From the NCBI RefSeq assembly GCF_009914755.1, contig NC_060927.1: 64,000 bases of DNA; one strand, given 5' to 3'. Positions 17,090 through 30,897 of the stretch are shown here, one piece after another; the stretch's first letter is position 1, and the number at the start of each line of letters is the position of its first letter. Below the pieces are notes generated by a model. The model ran no database searches and was not told the DNA's origin. It saw nothing but the letters and a program-made list of their open reading frames with translations. The stretch is from the human T2T-CHM13v2.0 reference genome, Homo sapiens. Position numbers and translations under genes: made by a program.

Positions 17090-17440
17090 GGGCAGGTATT
17101 AGCTGATTTTAGCCTGGCTTTACTTTCTGCCATTAGAGTGAAACACTGAGCTCAGTGTCTTAGAATTGACGTGCCCTCCTCCTCCTCAATGCATAAAAAT
17201 GGTCTTCTTATTATGCCAAGGGATTAGCTAGAGATTGCATCAGCAATTCAGTCTTTTTTTTTTTTTTTTCCTATCTCATTCAGTGCCTTTTTAAGCAATA
17301 TGAAGTTAAAGTCTGGTACTTTGAGTACTCTCCTGATTTATTATTATGAAGCTTCCTTTATTGTGTAGATAGTTGTTAAATTGGCGTCCTTATGGTGAAG
17401 GAACGATTGTTGGAAGTTTCTATTCTACCATCTTGCTCTT
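17090..17440 (-). mobile_element. L1MA-type 5' terminal fragment
   Basis: The minus strand starts gagcaagatggtagaatagaaacttcc, followed by the cagactttaacttcatattgctt motif. Confidence 0.6.
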
Positions 17441-18651
17441 CCTCTTCCTCTTCCTCTTGAGAAAGCTTCATGTAATATCTAATACTGCTTTCATTATTAT
17501 GTTTGATAAGTTGACTTGTTATGACAGAGATAATAATGCTTATAACATCTAAAATATTTGCTAGCTGAGATATTACCAAAATATTTTTTTTTACCCCTGG
17601 ATGACATTTAGGTGAATATATCTTATTCTTGAGGGTGAGCATGCCTTTTTTCTCCTAGGTTTTTAGTGTCAAAGTTTGTGTTACATAATGAGAAGTGTGG
17701 CTGTGTTTTAATTTTACTCTCTATTTTCTTTATGTTTTTCCTGTGGTCTGTATTCCAGAGAAAATCTGTCTATTTCAACAGTCATAGATATATGGAAATA
17801 TTATTTTTACTTGATACTTACTAGCAAATTATAAAATATTCAAATAATAAAAAATGAAAATATTACAGGAAAATATATGTGCAACCCCCTAGCAATACGT
17901 TTGTTAAACTATAATAAATGGACATTTTCTCAATAAAATACAAATGATCAAAATTGAACAAGGAATTAGAAAATAAAGAAAAGGTTCTTTTCTGATGTTT
18001 CTGATGTTCTGAATACATCTTTGGTGGACATGAGAGCTTGGGTCTTAGAGGTGTGGCTTTCACCTGTGTTACTTTCCTTCCTCAGATAAAATTCTGGACC
18101 TACTACTTATTCCTGTTCCCCAAGGGTAGGTATATTTTTCCCCCTGTCCTGCTTCTCTCAAGTATAATGGGTTTCCACCAGTGTTGAAAGCTTATAGCTT
18201 TGTTGACCCTTTCCCTTCAAATAATGGTTTGTTACTTAGAGGAGATAAGATGGTGAGTAAGAGTGAGACAGTTGCTGCTGGTCCCTTTGTCCAGCCAGCA
18301 TAATGGGAGATGTTTTCTCAGAATGCTTTCCAATCTACTCTGTGATTGCTTGTTAGGGTTTCTGAAAGAAAATTCTATAAAGGGGTTTGAATCCCACTAT
18401 GTGTCTTTGGCCCTCAGTGTCTTTTCCATTCTCATGCTACAGACTTTGTTTTAAGCAATTTGTAAAGTTTTCAAGCTAAATTTTCTAATGGATTATATAG
18501 TTCGTGAGTACATTCCAAGTAAACAAAAGCCAGAATACTTTTTCTCCTGTAGGCCCCTATCTCTTCATAGATTTTGAGTAAGTTGTTTACCCTGTTACCT
18601 CAGTTCTTTGACTGTTTCAAGTAAATTCATTAATTTTCACTTTACTGTCGT

Positions 18652-18820
18652 CTGTCTTTTCTTCTTTTTCTTTCTTTCTTTCTTTCTTTTCTTTCTTTCT
18701 TTCTTTTCTTTCTTTCTTTCTATTTCTTTCCTTCCTTCTTTTTCTTTCACTTTATTTCTCTTCCACTTTCTTTCTCTTTCTCTCTTTTCCTTTCTTTTCT
18801 TTACTTTTTTCTTTTTTATC
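18652..18820. repeat. Polypyrimidine (TTTC)n-type microsatellite
   Basis: About 170 bp almost entirely C/T. Confidence 0.95.
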
Positions 18821-19231
18821 TTGTCCTCTGTTTGTGAGGGTGTGAGGGACACTTTTCAGATCTCTATAGCATAGATAACAATTCCTCTGATTTTGCTTTT
18901 ATAAAAATTCTAAAACAAGTAACTAATAGCTGGAATTTTTGAATTGTGGTCACTTTTGGAGAGGAAGAGGAAATAATGCATGAGGAGGGTTTTTATGTTG
19001 CTGTGTTCCTTTTCTTGATCTAAGTTCTGGGTGTATGAATTGTTTCTTTGTATTGATTAAATGGTAGCTTTATGTTTTATGTACTTGTTTGTGTGTGTGT
19101 TAACTTCTAATTTAAAATCTAAGAAATAAATTATAAGTAAATGAAGCCATGATAGTAAACCAATTATATATACATATAAAACTATTGATATTTTAAATCA
19201 AATACCTTTAAGCCATGTAAGCCATAATATT

Positions 19232-19322
19232 AAACTGAATATGTATATATTATATATAACTGAATATACATATATATAACTGAATATATATATAATATAT
19301 GTATCAGTAATTATATATATAA
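19232..19322. repeat. AT-rich tandem repeat (aactgaatata plus (TA)n, 3 copies)
   Basis: aactgaatat at about 19233, 19258 and 19278. Confidence 0.8.
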
Positions 19323-22284
19323 TCACTGATTTTTTAAATCAAATACATTTAATGAGTATTTTGCTTGACATTAATCTTCTATAATTGTAATGCTTACCAT
19401 CATGCATCAGATAATATTTTTCTCCCGTTAAATTTTTTCTCCTTCAATATACTCATTAACTATTCTAAAGGTTAAGTCTTAAATAATTACATAATTTCTT
19501 TCCAGAAATTTAATCTTCAATAATTATTGTCATCTTTTAATAATCAATCATTTTTATTTAAAATCCCAGATTATTTTAAATAATTAAAGTACTTAACTGA
19601 CTCCTAGATTTCAAAAGCTCTCTATATCTGTGAAGATATTTGAACTCCAACCTCTGAATATTTAGTCAAGGTTTTGAAGGATTAAAAATATTATATTAAA
19701 TTATGCAGACATTCTTTTTTTAATATGCTTGTTACTGGTAAGCACATGTTCAAAATACACAGGCTGAAGTAAAACTAGCATTTATGTTTTTGTATCTTTG
19801 AGCTTTCCAATCTCTCTCTATATCCCAAATTCTTAAGCAAAATGAATGAGAACATTGTTTTAGAAATTGAAATTGAAATGTCACATATTTTATTTCCTTC
19901 AGCAACTCTTACGTGGAACACATTTACTGGCAAAAACAAAGTCATCTCTGTTAAGATAAGCATTTGAGCTGTCAGAGTCTGAATGATTATAGAGGACATA
20001 ACTAATTTATGTGTCAAAAAGCTATTCTACTCTGCACCATCAACACCTATTATACACACTATTGGGGAATATAGCTAGCCCTACTGATGTATAGATTGAT
20101 AATCAATGCCAGTCACATATGAGATAAATGATAGCTCTTTAAACTATTATGGTTGCAAAGTCATAATTTTTAGTCTATTCCCCTCTACTTTATCCACTGA
20201 GGAATATTTAGATAATACTCACAAGATGTGTTTATGCTTGCATGTATATACACACAGAGACATATATATATATATATGTTTGTATATACAATATTTAGAA
20301 ATATGTATATTTTCATCAGTATTCTAGTAACTTGTTGGCTTATATTATATCACGGAGAAAAAAGAAAAGAAACAAAGTATACACATTATTTTTGATGGAA
20401 AAATTTATCCATTTATATTTAAACAGTACACCATGAGTTTCTGTTGTTCTGAATTTTCAGTTTGAGGTAAGAAGGCCTGATGCATATTGCTGCTAGATCG
20501 CACATTTACTGCATCATGTGAAGGTGAAATATCAGCATACCAAAAAAGTCTATGAATTATTTAACCCACAAGTTAAAAAAAAGTAAGTTCCTAGAGCAAT
20601 AATCTGATAAAGCAGAAATATATCAATATTATTCTTTAAAGAACAGCAAAGATTTTAAAACTGGTAGATAAATTTTAGGACTGATCAAGATCAAAATAAA
20701 TATAATTCTGTAAATTAAAGCTTCATTGAAGTAGAAGAAGAAAACATGTTCTCCATATGAGAAGGAAAAACATCATAAAATTTATATATTTTATGTAAAC
20801 ACATAGGGTTCAGCAAGGATTATGAAATACATTAGCCATAATATTTTTATAATCACTTACACAGTCTTTCTCCTGCTTTAAGCTTTCTTATGTTAGTTTG
20901 TTCTCTCCACTCATTTTGGCCTTCCACTTCTCCTTTCTGCTGCCTTCCTGCTAATATAGAAATACCCTCTCTTAAGAGGACATCATTTAAAGTTTACTAT
21001 GATACATATTTGAATACATTTTACTTTTTGTAATAAGTAAGACAGTTACAATGTGAATAATAAGAAAATAGGACAATAAAAGATGCCATATGGTAAATAA
21101 TATTTAAATATCACCTCTTCATCTAGAAATATCTAATACTGTCTTACCTATTTTTTCCAGTTATTATTTTATTATAAGGTGTCTAGGCTTTTTAACCCAA
21201 AGTTGAGTCTCTCTGTTTAAAATTGGAGTTGTTTACTAAATGTTTTGTAAGACTTTCCTCTATTATCTTCTGTTATTTTCTATTTAAAAAATAAATATCT
21301 CTTGCTACTAGGAAGAAGGATATATTTACCTCATAGGTTTTGTTTTCTTTAGTTATGTCTGAAGATATTCAGTAAGTTACTCTCGGACACACATTAGATA
21401 TATGGAAATTTAAAATGCAACTTATCAGAGTGTACTGCTCTAAATATTTTTAAGCATATTAAATGTAGCATACAGTTTGAATTTATTTAGTATTTTCATT
21501 GAGTATATTTGAAAAAACATAACAAAAGAATTTTTAAGTATTTTAGTAATCGTAATTTTAGATATAAAACATTTTTTTATAAACCAAAAAAACAGATTTT
21601 GTCAATCATCTAGGGGAAGGTATAGTAAAAGTTAGTTTATTTATGGCCTGTACTACTATTTTCTAAAGAAATATTTGTCTATTTTTTCTCTTTCTTATAA
21701 CATTTACATGAAGAGGATTCTATTTCTAAAATAACTTTTTTATGATTAAAGAACAAACTAAGCTAATATCCAGAACAAATGATTATTGATCAATCATGTT
21801 TTGTTTACTGTTGGCATATAGAAATGCTGGTTTTGTACATTGATTTTGTATTCTGCTTGTGATGCATATTCTGAAAGTTAATTGTTTAGATAATGCTTTA
21901 ATGCTGACTACATACCTATATTTCCTTAAAAGGATTGCCTTTTGCCTCTTTTACATGGCCCTTTTGGGAGTCCACCTCAGAGAACACTTTATAATGTTAT
22001 CAGTTCATAATTGCAAAATCTGGAATCAAAACTGATAATCATTCTTAATAAAATAAATTTTAAAAAATCAAAGTAAACAAATATAAAAATGGAAAAAATG
22101 TTGCAGCTATAGTGCTCTATATAAAATCAGAAGCTGACTAAATTAACAAATAGCTATTTCATGGAGGAAGACTCGATTTCGTACTGCTTCTTGTCACACA
22201 TTAGAAAATCTATTTTTATTTCAGATTAATGAAACTATAATGAGTTAAAAAGTTGTCAAAGAAAAATTGTACTGGGTGGAGTTA

Positions 22285-22770
22285 AATGAGTAACGAAGAC
22301 TTAATTCAGGGCTATGTAATAGGGAAGAGAGACTGCTGTAATAGAAGAGAGAGATTAAACTCAATTCTGTTGAAACAAAATGTGGGATAGTTTTTAAGCC
22401 CTGAAGTAAGCCAGATAAGAAGTACTGGTGCACAAGGATGTTAGTGAAGAGGTTGGTCAATGTAATTAGGCCATCTGCATTTTCTTACGGGGGCTTATAA
22501 AATGAGCCTCCTACCCTTCCATTGAGACTGGGAGATTAGAGACCTATCTTTTTTCACGATTTCACTTCAAAACGATGGCTCCCAGGTCTTTAAGAAAGAC
22601 ATTCCCTAGTTTAATATCTGCAATGGCCCGAAAGATTTGTCTATATTTGAAAGGAGCATAGAAAAAATTTACAAGGTTTCTAAAGTAAATGCTCTAAGAA
22701 AAGAGAGGTCAGAGGTTTATAGTCAAAAGGAAACCTCTTTGAAGTTTATTCAAGCCAAGGGTAACATTAA
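22285..22770. mobile_element. ERV1-class LTR remnant (MER31-like)
   Basis: gatggctcccaggtctttaagaaagacattcc and aaggtttctaaagtaaatgctctaagaaaag recall MER31-type LTRs. Confidence 0.5.
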
Positions 22771-23945
22771 GTAATTATTTTAATTCATTACAAGCAGTTT
22801 ACACCACCTAAATACAAGTACATATGCTAAATGTTGAATGGTAAGCAACTTTTGAAAAAAAATTACACATAAAAACTTAAAGAAAAATAATTTAAGCCAT
22901 GAAATATGGCAGATACATGTCAGATGTTGCTCTTTTGTCACATAAAATTGCTAAATATTACCCTGTTGTTGCTTTTATTATTGAGTGGCTTTGTGTGGTT
23001 ATTGCAAGGAAGAAGTAAAAAAAGCATGAATTTGAGTGGAATAGTCTATTTATTAGAACACTACAGTCAATTGTGTATATTTTCACTTGGTAAGTTCAAT
23101 GCATCTGACATGTTTTCCTTTGAATGTATAGCAACATAAATGCTCATCAAAATCCTTTGAAATTTTATTAATCTGTAAATTAGAAGTGATGGGAAAGTGA
23201 AGAGATACATACATAGAAGATTTTTCATAGTATTTTCTAAAGTTGTCTTGGCAAGCTTGAAGAGCAAATGGCTGGGCAACCTAGGCATGGCAAAGAGCAT
23301 GACATTAGCATGATGATGGAGTAAAAATTTGGCAAAATTCCTTCTTATCTTGAAAATAGCTTTATATCTAGTCTTTCATGACCTACATAGAATAACTTAA
23401 CTCTGACAACTATCAGAAGTGAATACACAATTAAAGTAGCTTTTGTAAAACCAGCTTGAATGAAGGTAACTTTCACAGCAGGGTTGGAAAAGCATTTTCA
23501 AGGCAAGACAGAAGAGATTACGATTTGAATGGAATGGCGCAGTCATGCTTGGAGGAACAAAATAAGGTGATTTTTTTCCTTGGAAAATTTGGTGGTTAAT
23601 GATATCAAAGTAAAAAAAAAGATAATAAACACATATCATTATTTAATGATGGCTTGTGTGTGAGAGGTTTGTATATGAGGTAAGTATCCAAAAATGAGTA
23701 CTAATCAGATAAGACAAAACAGAAGCCAAGAGCATCCTAAGAAAGCAAACATGAGTAGTAATGCAAAATTTAAATATGATAGAATATCTGGGAACTACAT
23801 GTACATTAAAATAGGGAAATCAGATACAGAGCAGTAGAAAATGAACCTGCAGACAAGAATCAGGTCATGGAGGCTCTCTTATAAGATCTGAGAAATTTGA
23901 ACTTCATTTAAGAATTAAGAACCTAGGAATAAAGAGAATGGGGTT

Positions 23946-26900
23946 AAGAGGGTAGAAATTCTGATGATACTTTCTTTTGCTGTGCAGAAGCTCTTTAGTT
24001 TAATTAGATCCCATTTGTCAATTTTGGCTTTTGCTACCATTGCTTTTGGTGTTTTAGTCATGATGTCTTTGCCCATGCCTATGTCCTGAATGGTATTGCC
24101 TAGGTTTTCTTCAAGTGTTTTTATGGTTTTAGGCATTACATTGAAGTCTTTAATCCATCTTGAGTTAATTTTTGTATAAGGTATAACGAAGGGGTCCAGT
24201 TTCAGGTTTCTATGTACAGCTAGCCAATTTTCCCAACACCATTTATTAAATAGGGGATTCTTTCTCTGTTGCTTGTTTTTGTCAGGTTGTCAATGATCAG
24301 ATGACTGTAGATGTGTGGAGTTATTTCTGAGGCCTATATTCTGTTCCATTGGTCTATATATCTTTTTTTGGTACCAGTACCATGCTGTTTTGGTTACTGT
24401 AGCCTTGTAGTATAGTTTGAAGTCAGGTAGTGTGATGCCTACAGCTTTGTTCTTTTTGCATGGGATATCTTGGATATACAGGCTCTTTTTTGATTCCACA
24501 TAAAATTTAAAGTAGTTTTTTCTAATTCTGTGAAGAAAGTCAATGATAGCTTAATGGGGATAGCATTGAATCAGTAAATTATTTTGGGCAGTATGGCCAT
24601 TTTCATGATATTGATTCTTCCTATCCATGAGTATGGAATGTTTTTCCATTTGTTTGTGTCCTCTCTTATTTCCTTGAGCAGTGGTTTGTCGTTCTCCTTG
24701 AAGAGGTCCTTCACATCCCTTGTAAATTGTATTCCTAAATATTTTATTCTCTTTGTAGCAATTGTGAATGGGAATTCACTCACGATTTGGCTCTCTGTTT
24801 GTCTATTATTGGTGTGTAGGAATGCTTGTGATTTTTGCACATTGATTTTGTATCCTGAGACTCTGCTGAAGTTGCTTATCAGCTTAAGGAGTTTTTGGGC
24901 TGTGACAATGGGGTTTTCCAAATACATAATCATGTCATCTGCAAGCAGAGACAATTTGACTTCTTCTCTTCCTATTTGAATATCCTTTATTTCTTTCTCT
25001 TGCCTGATTTCCCTGGCCAGAACTTCCAATACTATGTTGAATAGGAGTGGTGAGAGAGGGCATACTTGTCTTGTGCCGGTTTTCAAAGGGAATGCTTCCA
25101 GCTTTTGCCCATTCAGTATGATCTTGGCTGTGTGTTTATCATAAATACCTCTTATTATTTTGAGATACGTTCCATCAATATCTAGTTTATTGACAGTTTT
25201 TAGCATGAAGGGGTGTTGAATTTTATCAAAGGCCTTTTCTGCATCTATTGAGATAATCATGTGGTTTTTGTCATTGGTTCTGTTTATGTGATGGATTACA
25301 TTTATTGATCTGCCTATGTTGAACCAGCCTTGCATCCCAGGGATGAAGCTGAATTGACCGTGGTGGGTAAGCTTTTTGATGTGTTGATAGATTCTGTTTG
25401 CCAGTATTTTATTGAGGATTTTTGCATTGAAATTCATCAGGGATATTGGCCTGCAATTTTCTGTTTGTTTTGTCTCTGCCACGTTTTGGTATCAGGTTGA
25501 TGCTGGCCTCCTAAAATGAGTTAGGGAGGAGTTCCTGTTTTTCTGTTATTTGGAATAGTTTTAGAAGGAATGGTACCAGCTTCTCTTTGTACCTCTGGGA
25601 GAATTTGGCTGTGAATTCTTCTGGTTCTAGGATTTTTTTTTGGTCGATAGGCTATTAATTATTGCCTCAATTTTAGAATTTGTTATTGATCAATTCAGGG
25701 ATTTGACTTCTTCCTCATTTAGTCTTGGAAGGGTGTATATGTTCAGGAATTTGCCCATTTCTTCTAGATTTTCTAGTTTATTTGCATAGAGGTGTTTATA
25801 GTATTCTCTGATGGTAGTTTGTATTTCTGGGGAATTATTGGTGGTATCCCCTTTATCATTTTTTCTTGTGTCTATTTGATTCTTCTCACTTTTCTTCTTT
25901 ATTAGTCTGGTTAGCAGTCTATTTTGTTAATCTTTTCAAAAAACCAGCTGCTGGATTCATTGATTTTTTGAAGGGTTTTTCATGTCTCTATCTCCTTCAG
26001 TTCTGCTCTGATCTTACTTATTTCTTCTCTTCTACTAGCTTTTGAATTTGTTTGCCCTTGCTTCTCTAGTTCTTTTAATTGTGATATTAGGGTGTCGATT
26101 TTAGATCTTAGAAATTTTTTGCAATCTATCTATCTGACAAAGGGCAAATATCCAGAATCTACAAGGAACTTTAACAAAGTTACAAGGAAGAAACAAACAA
26201 CCCCATCAAGGAGGTGAAGGACTTGAACAGACATTTCTCAAAAGAAGACATTTATCCAGCCAACAAACATATGAAAAAAGCTCATCATCACTGGTCATTA
26301 GAGAAATGCAAACCTAAACCATGATGAGATACCATCTCATTCCAGTTAGAATAGTGATCATTAAAAAGTCAGGAAACAACAGATGATGGAGAGGATGTGG
26401 GGAAATAAGAATGCTTTTACACTGTTGGTGGGAGAGTAAATTAGTTCAACAATTATGGAAGACAGTGTGGCGATTCCTCAACGATCCAGAACTACAAATA
26501 CTATTTGACCCAGCAATTCTATTATTGGGTATATACCTGAAGAATTATAAATCATTCTACTCTAAAGACACATGCACTCTTATATTTATTGTGGTACTAT
26601 TCATAATAACAAAGACTTGGGACCAACTAAAATGCCCATCAATGATACACTGGATAAAGAAAATGTGGCACATATACACCATTGAATACTATGCAGGCAT
26701 AAAAAAGATGAGTTTATGTCCTTTGCAGGGGCATGAATGAAGCTGGAAACCATCACTTTCAGCTAAGTAACAAAGGAACAGAAAACCAAACACCACATTT
26801 TCTCACTCATAAGTGGGAGTTGAACAATGAGAACACATGGACACATGGAGGGGAACATCACACACTAGGGGCTGTCAGGGGACAGGGGGCTAGGGTAGGG

Positions 26901-27048
26901 ATAGCATTAGGAGAAATACCTAATGTAGATGACGGGTTGATGGATGCAGCAAACCACCATGGCATGTGTATAACTATGTAACAAACCTGCACGTTCTGCA
27001 CATGTATCCTAGAACTTAAAGTATAATTTAAATAAATGAAGGTAGAAA
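23946..27048 (+). mobile_element. 5'-inverted L1PA (about PA7/8): 23960-26109 antisense ORF2, 26110-27036 sense 3' end
   Basis: ORF 24571-25482 (-) has the RT core ([26 protein letters not shown]). Decayed TSD with ggtagaaa core at 23951 and 27041. Confidence 0.93.
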
Positions 27049-27466
27049 CATTTTGAAAAAGAAAAAATCTGAGAATCATTCTGATATTAAATCTTGTCCC
27101 ACCATCAGTGAAAACCATTACATTGTCACTTATAAGAGAGATGTGTCATGATCATTATTCTGGCAGTAATGTAAATATATGTTGGGATATCATATGGTGG
27201 ATAAATGATGAGGGCCAGAATTATTGCAATAGCAGTGACAATGAAGAGAAGAGGATGGCTCTACGCAATATCTAGTAAGCGTGTAGGATATAGTAAATGT
27301 GAAGGCTTGATCAAAATCAGGAAACAGTGTTGAAGCAGTCAGGATTCACTTCCATAATTCTGTCATTAAGTCTGATAATAATATTACCAACTTAAGGGAA
27401 GTGTGGAACAATAGAATTGATGATGATGTAAATATGTCACTTTTGTACATATTGATTGCCAAGTGC

Positions 27467-28075
27467 TGTGGTAGATTAACTTCTAAGAATGAACCCAATG
27501 ACTCTCACTGTTTTAAAACCCCTTTCTTTTGAATGTTTTTGGAACCTGCGAATATCATATGACCTCACTCCCATGATTTAGTTATATTATATAGTTTAAA
27601 AAGATTATCTGAGTGGGTCTGCTTTAATCATGTAGCTCTTTAAAAGAAGAGAGTTTACTCCTGATATTGGTAAGAGGGAAGTCAAAGATATTTGAAGCAT
27701 ACAAATTTGATGCTAGCTTAAAAAGGAAGGTGGTTATGTGACACGAATATGGGCAGACTCTAGAGGTTAAGGTTCTACTGAAAGTAATCCAGTAGATGAG
27801 ATCTCTAGATAGATCTCTAGAAAGTAATCTAGTAGAAGAAATTGTATTCTGCCAACATCACAAATGAGCTTGGAAGCAAATTCTTCCCTAGGTGCACCAC
27901 GTAGAATTCCAGCCCAAATAATTATTTTCATTATGGCTTTATGAGAATCTTACATGGGAATCCCAAAAGAGTCAGCCATGACTTTTGTCCTACAGAACTG
28001 TGATATAACAATTGAGTATTGTTTTAAGACCTTAAATATGTGATAATTTGTTGTGCTTTAAAATAAATTAATGCA
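27467..28075 (+). mobile_element. MLT1 (E/F-like) LTR
   Basis: tgtggtagatt start; tattctgccaacatcacaaatgagcttggaagcaaattcttccc; cctacagaactgtgatataac. Confidence 0.75.
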
Positions 28076-28186
28076 GTGCCTCCAGGACTTCCAGATAAAC
28101 TTATAGAGCTGACATTAGGCATTTAATGTTGTGCCTGAAGTGAAGTTGTAGATGGAGAAAGAGATTAAGACATTAGAATTAGGTCA

Positions 28187-28268
28187 TACAGGTTGAAACA
28201 TATGAAATAGCTGATATTGAACTGCTTTTGACCTATAAAAGTGGAAGTTTCATAGAGTCCAACCTAAT
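28187..28268. mobile_element. MADE2 mariner-derived MITE (about 80 bp)
   Basis: aggttgaaacatatgaaatagc ... tttcatagagtccaacct imperfect inverted termini around the ttttgaccta core. Confidence 0.8.
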
Positions 28269-29039
28269 GCAAAGTGTTAAAATCCTGAGTGCACTAAATT
28301 GTCCAACATTTTTATGTCTGAAACAGGTAGAAGGACATTGCCAATGTTTAACATTCTGAACTGATTTTTCCCCACAAATTCAGTATCATTGGAAATTTGA
28401 AATCAAATGATACCTTCGATGGATGAAGAACATTTTAACCCTTTGGTTATGAGTCAGTTTACTTATTCAGATCTTTAGTTTTGTAAAGCAGTCTATATAA
28501 AAGATAGGAGAGGTTGAAACATGGCAATGTGAAAGGGGATAGGAAGAATTCAATGCAAACCGTTCTTAGTAAAAATTAGGCAGATGTAATGATTTTCAAA
28601 ATTATTCCCAAGCATGACTACATTTCAGTATAAAATTAAAAATGGATATAGAAATAGCTTCTTAAGTCAAGAAGCATTTGCACATATTTGATGAACTGCA
28701 ATTGTCAAAAGTTCATTGAGTTACAAAATTCAGAGGAAAAATTCTGAGTTATCAAATCAGAATCGACTTATGACCTTCCAGCAGGAAAACAATATTTTAA
28801 AGCACACAGTCAAAACAAATAAATGGAAGGACTAGGCCTTTATAAAGGTCAAAAAATAACAAGCAGTTCTGGACTAATTGTTATCAGTGTGTTCAATGTG
28901 AGTGGTGGAGTATGGGGAAAGGAATCAATGAGGAGCAGTCTGGAAGAAGGTTCCAAAACAGATATGTAACAAGAGAGGATACGACTTAGACAGAGTGCAC
29001 TGAATGAAATGTAAAGGGGGAATTAGGATATGAAAACTT

Positions 29040-29496
<457 letters not shown>

Positions 29497-29500
29497 CTAT

Positions 29501-29948
29501 AAAAAATATGCCCCAATAAACATACATGTGCATGTGTCTTTATAGCAGCATGATTTATATTCCTTTGGGTATATACCCAGTAATGGGATGGCTGGGTCAA
29601 ATGGTATTTCTAGTTCTAGATCCCTGAGGAATCGCCACACTGTCTTCCACAATGGTTGAACTAGTTTACAGTCCCACCAACAGTGTAAAAGTGTTCCTAT
29701 TTCTCCTCTCCAGCACCTGTTGTTTCCTGACTTTTTAATGATCGCCATTCTAACTGGTGTGAGATGATATCTCATTGTGGTTTGGATTTGCATCTCTCTG
29801 ATGGCCAGTGACGATGAGCATTTTTTAATGAGTGCAGCACACCAACATGGCACATGTATACATATGTAACAAACCTGCACGTTGTGCACATGTACCCTAA
29901 AACTTAAAGTATAATAAAAAATATATATAAAAAATAAAAAAAAATGTG
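29501..29948 (+). mobile_element. Short 5'-inverted L1PA: 29509-29826 antisense ORF2 end, 29825-29940 sense 3'UTR end
   Basis: TSD aaaaaatatg (29501) / aaaaaatgtg (29939); junction gagcattttttaatgagtgcagc. Confidence 0.9.
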
Positions 29949-30522
29949 GAACAAGCTTTCCCTCTGTTATGTTAATGTACTGTGTATCAGCCACCTGTAA
30001 ATAATGCTGGAGTCAGATTAAAGTACTGAAACCTATATGAGGTCTAGTAAAGAATTTTAACATGGAGGGATAAAAACGAGTCAGTAACTCACTGAAATTG
30101 AAAAATTAAGGCTTTAGAATCAGTTAACATGAAGTAGGATTCTAGCCGCCTCTAAGTTTTGTGAAATTTGGTAGCTCTATAAAATTTCTGTGTTTAAATG
30201 TCTCCTGTAATACATGATTTTCTGTTTTATAATATGGTTAAATGAGCCATAAAGTAGTTGGTTCGATGAAAGAGTAAGTATTCAACAATTTTTTTTTTTA
30301 CTTTTTTAAAATGATAAAAGGATAAGAAAAAGAAGTTTCTATGGAACACCATGGAAAGGCTTGTGGCTATGCTTCATTGATCATGACTACATGTAGTTTA
30401 ATTATATAGCCAGAAGCTAGGAGTTAACACTTTAAAAACTTAGGTAAGTCCAGATTTCATGTCCGTCTATTTAACATTTCTTACTCCAAAGTAATTTTTG
30501 CAATAACAAGGAACTGAGATAG

Positions 30523-30897
<375 letters not shown>

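Noticed and set aside
18608-18874. Phe-rich and Lys/Arg-rich ORFs
   Set aside because: Translations of the (TTTC)n microsatellite.
24571-25482. 303-aa reverse transcriptase ORF as an active or domesticated gene
   Set aside because: It lies in a truncated, inverted L1 with flanking frameshifts and altered motifs ([11 protein letters not shown]).
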